DNA of 64,000 bases from Squalus acanthias (taxonomy: Eukaryota). Numbering within the stretch: position 1 is the stretch's first letter; the number at the start of each line of letters is the position of its first letter. The position numbers and the translations under genes were made by a program. This document shows, one piece after another, positions 38,496 to 50,694 of this stretch. The notes beneath the pieces were generated by a model. It saw only the letters and a program-made list of their open reading frames with translations, ran no database searches and was not told the origin of the DNA. The stretch covers positions 103,602,001 to 103,666,000 of the forward strand of contig CM059432.1 in NCBI GenBank assembly GCA_030390025.1, read 5' to 3'.

Positions 38496-39670
38496 CTGTA
38501 ATGTCGGAAAATATCTTCCTCTACTTGAGTAACAAAGTCGCATTTGGTACAACAGTGCTCTTCAGCCTCTTCGCTGGTCACTTGCCCATCACTTCCCTGT
38601 TGGCCATCCTCAGTCTTGCTCGGGGTGTGTGAGCTGTGCATGGTCTCGTAATGCTGCAGGAGCACATCTACATCCTGAACTGTGAAAGAGCACTGGTCGC
38701 ACTGGTGCTTCACCCTGGCACTCCCTCCCACCCCGTGGGACGAGTGTAAGAGCAACAGGGTGCAGTGGGAGCAATTACTTTTCCTGCAAGCGAATGGGTA
38801 GGTGATGTCCCCCAGGTGCTTTTCAGGGCCGCACAGTCCCCCGGGGCAGTACTGGCAGTGCTTAATGGTACATTTGTGAACATTGTGGATGTAATGATAA
38901 TGGCGGAGCAGGGGTCCCACTGCGATCACGTCAGGTCCATGACTGGTGGAGTACCTGAATTTACACAACTGGCAGTTGTAGCTGGTGACCATGCTCTCCT
39001 CTGTTGACTTAGTGGCGTCTTTCTTTTTGGCCGAACTTGTGCCTTTCTCTGCTTTAATCGAGAATTCCCCGTCGGATTTATTAGCCACAAGAAGCTGACG
39101 CTCTTTCGAAGAGTCGTTCTGGTTAAGTGCGGGTCCCTGTTTGGCAATTTTGTCCGGAAAATCTCTATTAAAGTAGCTAGTGCGCTGATTCTCTCCGTGC
39201 TGTTTATTGTAATGATCCGTGAGCTTTAAGGTGTCCGAGGACTCGCAACTGAAGCTGCAAAACCTACACCAGAAGTAACAGGAAGCGTCCATGCCATTCT
39301 GTTTGGAGGTGTCCATGGATTTGATGGGCACAGAGTAGCCGATGGGGGTGTCATCTGCTGCCTTGATGGTAGATTTGTCCTGCCATTTCCCCGCATCTTC
39401 TGGGTCTGATGGGCGAGGTAAGTGGCGCTCTGTCGCGGGGGTGCCTTTGCTGGCGTTTTTCTCCGATTTATTGGCATCCTTCCCAGACTCCAGAGCAGAA
39501 GGCACACTTTTCATTTTATTGGGATGCGCTGACACGAAGTGCTGTTCCAGTTCAGTCGAAGAACTGCCCATGTAGGTAAAATTGCAGAATTTGCACCGGA
39601 AATACTTGGTGTTGCCTTGGCAGTCGGGTGTTTTGCGTCCTATGCCAATGAACATTCCTCCCAAAGTAAC
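38496..39670 (-). CDS. TRPS1: TRPS1 coding exon (human exon 4 equivalent), multiple C2H2 fingers
   Basis: [33 protein letters not shown]...[19 protein letters not shown]. Acceptor TTTTTGCAG|GTT; donor AG|GTAAC. 1175 nt, phase 0 to 2. Confidence 0.97.
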
Positions 39671-41654
39671 CTGCAAAAACGTAAACAAAAGACAAATGTG
39701 TTTTCCATTTCAGCTTGTGAGGTTAACAATAATATGAGTTTCCCAGAAAGTACCATTTCCATTGTTTTTTTAAAGGATATTGCATGACGCCAAGACAGTT
39801 TTAATATCTATGGCAAGTTGTAATTTGGTAATATTTTCAGCACACTGTCGCGATCAAGGTCCATTGGTTTATGGTGTTTACTTACCCAAGTTATCAATTA
39901 TGTCTATTATTTAGTTATTTCAGTACATCAAAATGCCCAGTGATTTTTCCTGTTACTCAGGATCGGTTTACCATTGTTGATACGGAATCAAAAATAGAAG
40001 TGTGGTAATAGTTTTACAGCTTGAGTAGGAAGTGGGGAGCGAAATGGCAGTAAACAGATTCTTTTTTAGTCCAAGTGTCTTCATTTTTACATTAACCCTT
40101 TCAATGCCACTAGAGACACCAGTTTGCAACTGTACTTTGGCTAGTTCAGAAAAACCTAATGCAAGGATCTCGTGGGGATACAACAGAAGTGGCCAGAATG
40201 AATGTAACTACTTAGTCATAGCAGGGAGGAAAATCATTGTGAAATGTGCCTCCAACTCAATTTCTGCAGCGAAACTTACATTTTATCTTGTTACCCATTT
40301 CACGGTTTCTAAATATTCCAATTCTCTAAGGTTGATTTTTTTGGTTGTGTACGTTTGATGTAAATGTTGAGATGTCATAAATGAGGCCTTTTTCCCTGCC
40401 ACTTCCTCATTTTAAACTGAAACTGGCTTCTCTCGCCATCTGAAATTTTCCGCAGGCAAGATACATCTTCCTGAGATCACTGCTTCTATTCGAAGTTATT
40501 CCTGATTTCCAACATAGGTTAAAATAGATGGTCAACAATCCAAGGAAGCCTCTGAGCCTCTCTTTGGGCTTAGGGAAATAGCTGTAAGACTGGCTAAAAG
40601 GTGTCAATAAAACGGCACGAAAAAAAAATAGCTCCAGAACAAAAAGATAATTGCCTCAAAAAAGTGTTTAGTAACAAAGGAACTCCTCGTTAATCTTTCG
40701 GAATTTTAAGTATTTTTCAGTTATTACAACGTCCTGCCAGTTTCCACATGTGGCCGTACAATGGAGTAAAAGTGTCCAAGAGCTGGTAAATTGCTCCGAA
40801 GAACTGTAATAGCCAAAATACACCAAAGATTCAGAGAGAAAAATCCTCAGCAAAAACAATGTGTTTCTCTTAACTGACAATTGTGCCCGTTGGACACAAC
40901 TATAAATTATCATGCTGAAAGATTAAATTCGGTTTCTTTTTAAAAGTGTCATCAGCAGCCTGTTTACAACAGTGAATCCTGATGTGAACATTCAAAGGCA
41001 ACTCCAGACAAATTGATATTAAAATGAATTAATTAAGCGGAGACAGCTTTTCATTAAGAGTAATGGATTCAAATTGTGTTTATGTTGTCTGATCCGTTTA
41101 GCAGCGACCTTCCGACCGATTTGCAAACAGTATAGTCAGTAAATAAATTACTGCAATAAAAAGTAAATGGCTTTTAAATGAAAATGATCAGGATATATAC
41201 CAATTAGCAAAATTCAAATCGGTGGAGATATGCTCGCAGTTAATTGCAGATTTCAATATACACTAACCGCTCGGCTAAAAGGAAGGTATTCTTACAGGGG
41301 GATTGTTCAGCTACAGTGAACCAATGGCGTGAAATGAATGGAAAATCCAAACCATTCATATTATTGTTGGATTGTGTTATCGTGTGCAATATATCTGTGG
41401 AAAAAAGACTAAATACAGTGGTGCCATATATGATCATCTCTAATAGGATCATCACCACAATGGTTTTTTTCAATGTGCCTCAAATAATTATTTAAAATGC
41501 AATTTAATTTACTGATGATTTTCCTCCCTGTGGAGGATTATTTTTCTATTATGTTCCTTATAATGATGTAGGCCCTGTCAGGGTTTTATCTGTACCACTT
41601 CTGACTGCAATACCAAGTACTGGATCCGATGGGAGCAGCTGGGCAGATACCTAC

Positions 41655-42590
41655 ATGTACATCGTAGGTTCCATTTAACATGGTGGGTCGCTGAGGACTC
41701 AGATCCTGTAACATCCCAGTAAGCAAGCCTGCGTTTCGGCTCAGTTTCTGAAAGTCTTTGGACTGGGAGAACTGCACCATGTTATGTAATGCCAGGATTT
41801 TGGTGTCCAGATCAGCATCTTGGCGGGTACGGTTGTGCAGACCGAGGTGGTATTTGCGAAAATGCTTGATCAAATCGGTTGGGTCGTTCCCATAATAGCC
41901 ATAACCACAAATGTTGCATTTGAAGTCTTGTAGTTCTGGAGTCAGGGGCGCCGCGTCTGGGTTGTCAGTCAGCTGTTCTGTTTTTGATTTATCAAGTGCA
42001 ACACTTCCATCTGAAAGCACCTGAGAGTTGTCTGAAGGCACCGAGCCTGGGGTTGAAGTGTGATGATCAGGTGGGTCACCCTGTAGCAGCTGGGCCTTCT
42101 CACGCCCACTTTTAGGTGACGTTTGAGCTGTGTGGTTTAATTCCGAGAGGTTCCCAGATACATTGCAGCTCCTGCCATCGCCATCATCTGGTTCTGATCT
42201 GCAAGGAGACTTCCAGGCCTCGCAGACTCCAGCAGCAGCCTGAGATGAGAGAGCAGACATATTTCTGTCTGTCACCTCATCTTGCGGGAAGGATGGAACA
42301 TTTCCTCCCTTCTTGTGGCTTTCATAATTGAAGCCATTCCCTTCGCCCAGTGCGGGGCTTTTCAAGTCGCTTTTGATGCCGGCTAGGTCTGCGACACGCA
42401 GACAGTGTTCCTCCTTGTTGACTGACTCTAGTGCATCTTGTTGGTTGTTTTGTTCCTGCATGGGATCCGGGGGTCCTGAGCTTTTAGCAGCCTCCTGGTT
42501 CACGGCACTTTCTGGCTGAGGGACCTGGCAATTCTCACCTTCCCCTTGGCTCACAAGATTTCTCAATGGTGGATTCTTTTTCCGGACCAT
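41655..42590 (-). CDS. TRPS1: TRPS1 first coding exon (human exon 3 equivalent), 312 codons, C2H2 finger 1
   Basis: [11 protein letters not shown]...[41 protein letters not shown] matches TRPS1. Acceptor TTGCACAG|AT-ATG (exon starts 42592); phase-0 donor CAT|GTAGGT at 41655. Confidence 0.97.
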
Positions 42591-45500
42591 ATCTGTGCAA
42601 AAGAAATATGTCTCTTTAGGATCATTTTCACATTTTCTAGTTTGGAAAGACTATCCCTTCTATGGTTAAACTTTTAACAGTGTAGGGTCGGCTTTCCTAT
42701 ACCTAGATTAATATTTCTGTCATACTTAAAGTATATTTCCATCCCTCCTTTAGCTCTGCTCCAGTTCCATCCGAATAGTTTTCTTTTAAAAGTTATTAAC
42801 GCTTTTGTTGTGGTTATTTACATACTTTTGCAGTGATGTATTTATGGACAGTCCCGCCCAAGTTTACACAGATGAATCCATTGTCGCATTTCAACATAAG
42901 AGAAGATGACAGGGGAAGCGAGTTCTTAGGGAAACATCACTGCATCTTTCAAGGACCAACAATCAAGCTTACACCACATCTGTTTTACTTTCTTTAAGTC
43001 TCCTTGTGAAAATTGTAATTGCAGTATCATATATATTATATATCGTATGTGTGTGTGTATATACACTACACTTCAATGGATATATACGTATATATAGCAT
43101 ATTTTAAAAAATTGTCACGGCAATGAAGTAATCAGTTACATTTTTAAGCAAGTTCCTATCGGTAGAAGTACTGGGAGAATGGCGTTCTAACATTTTCGTT
43201 TCAACTAATTAAAGCAGAATGACAGCTACAATAAGAAAGTCTGCGACCATGTTTATCCCAGTAGAATACTTTACAGCAGTTCAAACTATATTTCTAAAGA
43301 ACTTAAAAAGATTGCCCTTTCGACAAAAAGTAAACCAAAATTCTGTGGGTGACTGATGGGCAGGGATTGTTTGTTACGAATGGACCCGTTAATCATTGTG
43401 CTCCGAATAGTATTTGTTTTCTTTTAAGAAGATGAACAGCTTTACCTCATTGCTTTATTAACTTCACATGACGGCATTTTTGTTTGTTTCAAATTAATTA
43501 ATAAAACCGACAGGGTAATTTATACAATACGATTGACTGTAAGTTGGATTTAAATCCCTTTCCCCGGCCACTACTGCCTATTCAGTGGCAATAACTATGG
43601 TAACTAGTAGTTAACATGTACCAGGTACCGTACGTATTTTATTAAATCAGTGGAACTTGTGCATAACACCATTCTCCATTCCGAAAAGGCAGGGACAGTG
43701 TAGATTCTAGATGGCTGCTTAAAAGTAATCAACAGGTTTAAATAAAGAGTCAGTGTTGGCTGGGCCTACCTTTTTAAAAGTGATCTGACGTGGATTTCAA
43801 CGTGCTGCCCTCCCTGGCGTGCACTATTTTTGATGCAGATTCCTAGCACTGATGATATATTTTGTTAACGCTGAGAAAGGTTTACCAACCCAGGAAAAAA
43901 ATCGTCAGCAACAAAAAGCCAGCCAGTGATTATTCTATATTACGTGTCCTGACAATAAGCCAGAAACTGCAAATAAAATGGGTAACTCGGTAAAGCACAG
44001 CCTTGGAAGAACGTCACAGATCATCCGCTTGAATAAGTTTTATTAGATGAACTGTGACTACCGCAGCACAAAAAGTTTCCCAAGATTTCAAAAGGCGAGT
44101 CCCCGTGAGCTTGGACGGTTGCTTAACGAACACTTCAAATAATTAAGTAATCTTTCTTTCCAATATTCCACCACACGTTCTGCTCCTCTGCTGATCCCAA
44201 AATTTGTATATTCCACAACTTTCAAGCGTCTCTTATTTATGTTGGTGCCAATAAAGCTCCCCAGATGGCCTAACTTGAGCGAATATTCACTTTAATAGTG
44301 TGTACAGCCAGGAACTGATGTTGTAGACTGAAAGTCAACAGGTTTAGAATGACAGCCAGACTATTTAAATGGAAATTTACACCGTTTCGAGTCAAAACAA
44401 CCGACTTTTTCCGCTTTAATACCAATAATTCAATCACCAAGAACGGCCCTTAACTTTTGACACTCCATGCTCACTTTATATTTTGTCGTACTATATGAAT
44501 TTACTGTCATTACAACCCTGTCGGTGTTTAAATATATAGTCAGATCCACATATATCCATTCAGACGTATATGCACATTGCTGGTTTGGCCCTATAAGCAA
44601 ACCTTTACCAAGTCCCAAATTGCTTCTGGCCTGATCACCGCTGGTATAACCAGTCATATGGTCACAGTATAAACAACCATAATGTGCACTGCAATTAAGT
44701 GCGCACAACACGATTCCTCTCCATGATGCACAAATATTACTAATATTAATATATATGCACACACGTGCGCTATTAAAAAGAGCTTGTGGCAATTTACTGT
44801 ATCTTTTAGTAGGGGAATTCACTCGTAATTATGAATTATATAAAATATGTAAAAATATAATATGTGATAATAACCCTTGATGCTAGATGTAAACATTTCT
44901 CAGCTGTCCCTGCGACAAACAATAAAAGGAAGAGTTAGACTGGGGTCAGTGGATCAAGTAAATTGTATTCCCCCCACCCTTGAAAAAAATATTTTTTCAA
45001 CTACTGTATTTCGATATTTCAGCCCCTTCATTGTGGCTTCATTTATATTATTGCAACGCTGAGGGGCTGCTTAAGTAGAATACAGATCTCAGCAATAAAT
45101 CAATACAAGTTTTTGTTCATTCCACACACGCCAGATTGGCCCAGCGATGCCTGCATTCATTATCTGATCAAGCACTGTATAAACTTGTCATTAATCATAA
45201 CATCAAATTACACAATATTCCTTATAGCAGAATTATTATTGCAAGCTAACCCACCTATCTATTCCTGCTGCCAACAATACCACACACCACTGCTGTAATG
45301 TGCTCAAGCGTAATTGGGAATTTGCTATTGAGACCTTTGTTTTGCTCCTCAAATGAAAGCTCAGCCAGGAGAAGTGATCACGTCTGGGAGACAAGAATCG
45401 TTAATCAACACGTGCTAGGAACTCGACTGAACAACTGCTTTCCGCAACATTTCCTGTGATAAGGACACAAAGACTTGCAAAGAGATCAGACTTCAATAGG

Positions 45501-45999
45501 CTTATAGTTCATGTGAATGCAAACGTGACATTCACTTTACACAGTATTCCGAACAGTCCGGGCCCATTCAAGGGAGTGGACACTTTTCTCAAGCCAGTTT
45601 CACAAAGTTCCCAATACAACCGAAAGCTTTAAATCGACACCAGCATCGGCCTCCATTAAATCGTACCATGGCATATTGTGTAAAACTTCTACCAGATATC
45701 AACGTTTTCACGTCAGTGCTAAACACTCTGATGAGTTATTTTACCGGATTAGCCCTGCTGTTCATATGTGCCATGTATACTTTGTAACTCTGAGTGACAA
45801 AACTCATTTGGAGTGGCTTCGTTAAGTGATTACATCTGCAGTCCTTGTTAGACACAATAGTTACTCTCATCAAATGCCTTCAGAAAGTGCACGAGTGGAA
45901 ATATTAACTCCCAGCAAAGTTCAGTCCAACTCCCCGATTAACCGAAAACTGTGCAAATCCTGTATTAAACAGGATTCCAAGGCTCAAAAACATCGTAAC

Positions 46000-48700
46000 T
46001 AGTACTTGGGGAAAAGTAAACAGTAAAAGTTTCACGCACTTCCAACTTTATCGCAATTTAGAGAGCAGCAGCTGATAAACCATTGCCTGAAAATCTGGCG
46101 GGGGGGGGGGGTGGGGTGGGGGAGGGAGGAAATACTACAATTTTATTTACCCGCACCTAGGACGAATAAGTACAAGTCAAAACAAGAGTGAGATGTGTCA
46201 AAGTTGTAGTGAGATGAAACGCACCAGCAATCACAAGAAGCTTTTAACAGATCTCGCCGACTACATCCAGCCCCGATCAGCAGGAAACATTTTAATAGCA
46301 CTTTTAAGCGACACGTCCTAAACTAACTGCCATAATAAGTCATGTTTTACTGGTGCCACATTTTACTGAGTGTGGATAAGAAAACGCAAACGGCCCATTC
46401 TGCCCGTGTCAGCCAACCCAGCCCTTTAAGTCAAAAGCTACAATTACTTATGTCTGTACTTTCAAAGCTTTACTTGGCATTGCATCAGGAGATAAAAACT
46501 GAAAGTCCCTGTCTGGAGAAGTTAAACCACCGGAGGATGATGTCTAGCCACATAAACAGACGCAACTCAACTCAGCGCACACACACACACACACACACTT
46601 TTAACACAACTTTTAAAAAAGTTTACTCCAACCATGTTACTCCCGGGTCCCGCCAGATGGGCCGCAAAGGACTCGCCACTGTCGGAAAAACTGGAGGAGT
46701 GTGGGGCGAGGGGGGGTGGGGAGTGAGATTTCTATTCTCGTAGATCTTAAATATATATATATATATATGTATCTATATATACCGCTTAATCTGGAGAAAT
46801 GGAAATGAAATAGTCCACTCAGATGCATTTCATCGTGTTGCCTCGGCCACGTCACTCACAAACTTTCTTGGCGCTGCAGATACATTCAGAACGAGATTTC
46901 TCACTCTGACATCTCTAACTGAAAGACACTTTTAACGCCATCCATTTCTTTTACTCCCACTTTCCCGCTAAGTAGCCAGCACAACAACAAAAAAGGCGAA
47001 ACCCGGAGAATATCCCAAACGTACTTGAAATCATCGTTTCCTCTGGTAAACTTGACCCTAAAGGCTACTGGAGGCTACTGTCACGTACGAGGAACCATTT
47101 CTCATGCCTGCTCGAGTGACCTCCCGACCCAACAAATACGGGAAATGGGGATGTATGTGAAATCTGAGAAGTCTGCCTCTTTCTTTCGAAAAAAAACGCG
47201 AAGAGATCTCCTGTTGACTGAACAAAACTGAAAGCATTACCTTAATAAATACAAATATCTAAAGCCAGCGAGCTATTGCTGCCCTCCTACACACACACAC
47301 ACACACACACAGTCTGTGCGAAGAGAATTTTAAAAATCGGTAAGAGATCTTTGTTCCTTTAATCTCGGGGCTGGTTTTCGCCCACACACACTCTCTCCCT
47401 CTCTTACCTGTTGATTTGATGGTAATAATCTTTGCAGCTCGAAAGATGGTGGAGCTTTGGTGAGAGCCATGAACCGTCTGAGTTTTTTTGCAGAGTGAGA
47501 TTTTGGAGAGAGAGAGAGAGGCAGACAGACAGAGAGAGAGAGAAAGGAGAGGGGAAGGCGCGGGTTGAGCCGGTTGTTCAAACGCGCTGCCTGTGTCTGT
47601 CTGACGGGAGGTTCTGTATGTAGTGCGTGTGTGTGTCTGTGTGTGTGTTTAATATGTCTGAGAGAAAGGGGCTCTGGCTCAATCCGGCCTTTATCACAAA
47701 TGTTATCGCTTGTCAGGACCCCGACTTCAGGCATTACGTCATTTGCAAGACACCATTCAGCGCTAATACAAACAGCGGACATGCCTTTGCCTTCGCGCCG
47801 CCCCACAACACACATACACACCAGCAATCGTCTGCGATCATCGCCATCGGGCCTCCTCTCTCTCTCTCTCTTTACACAGAAAGCAGCCTTCCCGGGAAAT
47901 GCTTGTTTGCTTTTCTGTTTGGTTTGCTCTTTCTTTCCCCCCCTCTCTCTCCGAAAAGGGGAAGGGGGCGCCGCACTTTCTTTTTAAGCTGGGGGAAAAA
48001 AAGACTCAGGCTCACAGTAGAAAGGAATAGAGCTGGGCGCTCTTGCAGCGAGAGAGCTGTTGGCGGGTTATCTGTGTGGAAATCACGTCTGAACAGTTGC
48101 TCATGGGGAAGATCTTGGCCACAAGAAAAGGAGCATTGTTCTCAACTTAAGCTTTTACCTTTTTTCTCTCCCTCCTTTCGCTGAGCTGATTAACTTTTTT
48201 TAATTCAGTGTAAACGCAGCTTTAAAAAAAATCTCCTTTACATGAATTTTAATTGGGAAGGCCAAGTACTCAATATTTGCATCTTAATTATTTAGGTGTA
48301 AATTTGAGCCCGTTTAAAGCAACTTCTGTTTAGATAACTTATACACCGTCCCCTTTTACTATTTTGCCTCTAAGAGCTTCATCTCCCGGAGGTACAAGTT
48401 AGTTTGTTTGTTTTCTCTCTATCAGAAGTCGAAATGATCTTATCAGGGTCTGTGTGTGCTGCGATATCCCAGTAACTCCTCGTTGCCCGGAGTAACGTGA
48501 TTACAGAGTTACAGACTCGCCGCTTTCCAGTTGCTGCCCTGCAGTGACAGCAGCCTCACTGAGTGTTGTGCTGGCGAGACAGTCGGTGTCTGTACCTCAG
48601 TTTGTGTCCGTGTGCAGCATCGGGTCTGTATTACAGGCTTTTTCCTTCTGATGTCATGCAGGGCACACCAGGCTTTCTTTCACACTTCTAATCTTTAACA
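46000..48700 (-). promoter_or_regulatory. TRPS1 promoter / CpG-rich region with GA, CA and TA microsatellites
   Basis: CpG-dense and surrounds exon 1. GATA-like sites at 47691-47696 and 47702-47708, TTACGTCA at 47734-47741, ATTTGCA at 47741-47747. Confidence 0.7.
47408..47760 (-). other. TRPS1: TRPS1 first (5' UTR) exon; 5' boundary approximate
   Basis: Strong donor CAG|GTAAGAG at 47408/47407. Minus-strand blocks CTTGCAAATGACGTAATG..GTCCTGACAAGCGATAACATTTGTGATAAAG and AGACGGTTCATGGCT..CCACCATCTTTCG..AATCAACAG resemble human TRPS1 exon 1 as recalled. Confidence 0.75.
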
Positions 48701-49637
48701 AAAATACCCATTACAAAAGGTGACTCCACTAAATTTAGTTTTAAATATTTTAAAAAAAATTCTTGCAGAACCCAGCTTTCTGTGATATTTTAATCATTTC
48801 ACTTCATCTGTAGAAAGTCTCAAACCGGTATTTGCAGTCAAGTAAAAATAACTTTTTTTTCCGAGAAGGAGAAGTAGCTCCTATTGGACTATGGCGTGGC
48901 GTGTTCCTCTTTTCCTTTCAGGATGTTAATCCTTCTCAGGAAGACGCTGTCACCTGGAAGTCCTGGAGGTGTTTGAAGCCGATCTGCATACACTGCTGCC
49001 AGCGACGCCCTGAATCTGCCCACGCCCTATATTGCTTTCTTTTCAACGATTCCCAACATTTTCTCTTCGATTTTAAAGGTGATTTATCTTCCTTTATGAA
49101 TAAACTTTCTGTTTCTCTTCACTCACTCTTGAATAATATTTAATTCGATTTGTAGCTCATCCTCCAAGTTTTCCTTTCTTGCTCATTGTCTTTCTGCTAA
49201 TTATCAGTGGGCAAATTCAGGCTTGCTTAGAACGGGAAGCAAATCTGAGCTGACTGCGGTTAAAGAACTCTATGCAAATACATGTGACATGAAATTTGCT
49301 GAGTCAGTTGTTTAAAACATATACGCCCTTTATAAAGAGAATGTTTTAGTCGAAATCAAACTAAAGGATTAAACTAAAATGTGAAGGTTACGTCATTGTC
49401 ACATCTGAAGTTGATTAGTAGATCAAAGGTTTGAGTATATTAGAGAGCATCAACAAAATTCTTCAGTTTTAACGATCGTATTTAACTCCGGGAGGAATCT
49501 ATGAGATTTTCTTGCAATATTAAATATGACCTGTGTGAGAAGTATTGACCTTATGGGTAGGGTAGTAAAGCGTTAAGCTTGTGGACTATTTGCCTTCTAA
49601 AGTTTTTCACAGAAATTCAGAATGGATAATCCCAGTT

Positions 49638-50559
49638 TAGAAACATAGAAACATAGAAGATAGGAGTAGGAGTAGGCCATTCGGCCCCTCGAGCCTGCTC
49701 CGCCATTCAATGCGATCATGGCTGATCATCCAAATTCAGTACCCTGTCCCTGCTTTCTCCCCATATCCCTTGATCCCCTTAGCCTTAAGAAATATATCTA
49801 ACTCCTTCTTGAATATATTTAATGAATTGGCCTCAACTGCCTTCTGTGGTAGAGAATTCCACAGGTTCACCACTCTCTGGGTGAAGAAATTCCTCCTCAT
49901 CTCAGTCCTAAATGGCTTACCCCTTATCCTTAGACTGTGACCCCTGGTTCTGGACTCCCCCGCCATCGGGAACAGCCTTCCTGCATCTAGTCTGTCTAGT
50001 CCTGTTAGAATTTTATAAGTTTCAATGAGAGCCCCTCTCATTCTTCTAAACTCTAGCGAATATAAACCTAATCGACCCAATCTCTCTTCATATGTCATTC
50101 CTGCCATCCCAGGTATCAGTCTGGTGAATCTTCGCTGCACTCCCTCCATGGCAAGAACATCCTTCCTCAGATAAGGCGACCAAAACTGCACACAATACTC
50201 AAGGTGTGGTCTCACCAAGGCCCTGTACAACTGCAGCAAGACATCCTTGCTCCTGTACTCGAATCCTCTCGCTATGAAGGCCAACATACCATTTGCCTTC
50301 TTAACCGCCTGCTGCACCTGCATGCTTACCTTCAGCGACTGGTGCACAAGGACACCCAGGTCTCGTTGCACTTCCCCTTTTCCCAATCTATTGCCATTCA
50401 GATAATAATCTGCCTTCCTGTTTTTGCCACCAAAGTGGATAACCTCGCATTTATCCACATTATACTGCATCTGCCATGCATCTGCCCAATCACCCAACCT
50501 GTCCAAATCATACTGGAGTTTCTCTGCATCCTCCTCACAGCACACACGCCCACCCAGTT
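49638..50559 (-). mobile_element. Young CR1 LINE 3' fragment, (CTATGTTT)n tail
   Basis: Intact 269-aa ORF2 C-terminus; CCCAGTT at both junctions (49631-49637 and 50553-50559). Confidence 0.95.
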
Positions 50560-50694
50560 GATTGTAGTGTTGGTAGTGATGGGTTTTTTGGATTAAAAGT
50601 GAATTATTTAAACTCCTTTATTGCAGCTGACAAATGGTGGAAAAAAGGCTATGCGTAGATACAAGTAAACGTGATCACAGATGAAAGACCAGGA

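Noticed and set aside
37224-39787. Antisense and alternative-frame ORFs over TRPS1 exons
   Set aside because: Expected shadows of GC-rich coding sequence.
41586-41654. 22-codon read-through after the first coding exon
   Set aside because: Length is consistent with chance, unlike the 155-codon case.
47432-48184. Plus-strand ORFs of 63-185 aa at the promoter
   Set aside because: Driven by microsatellites and low complexity; no recognisable domain.
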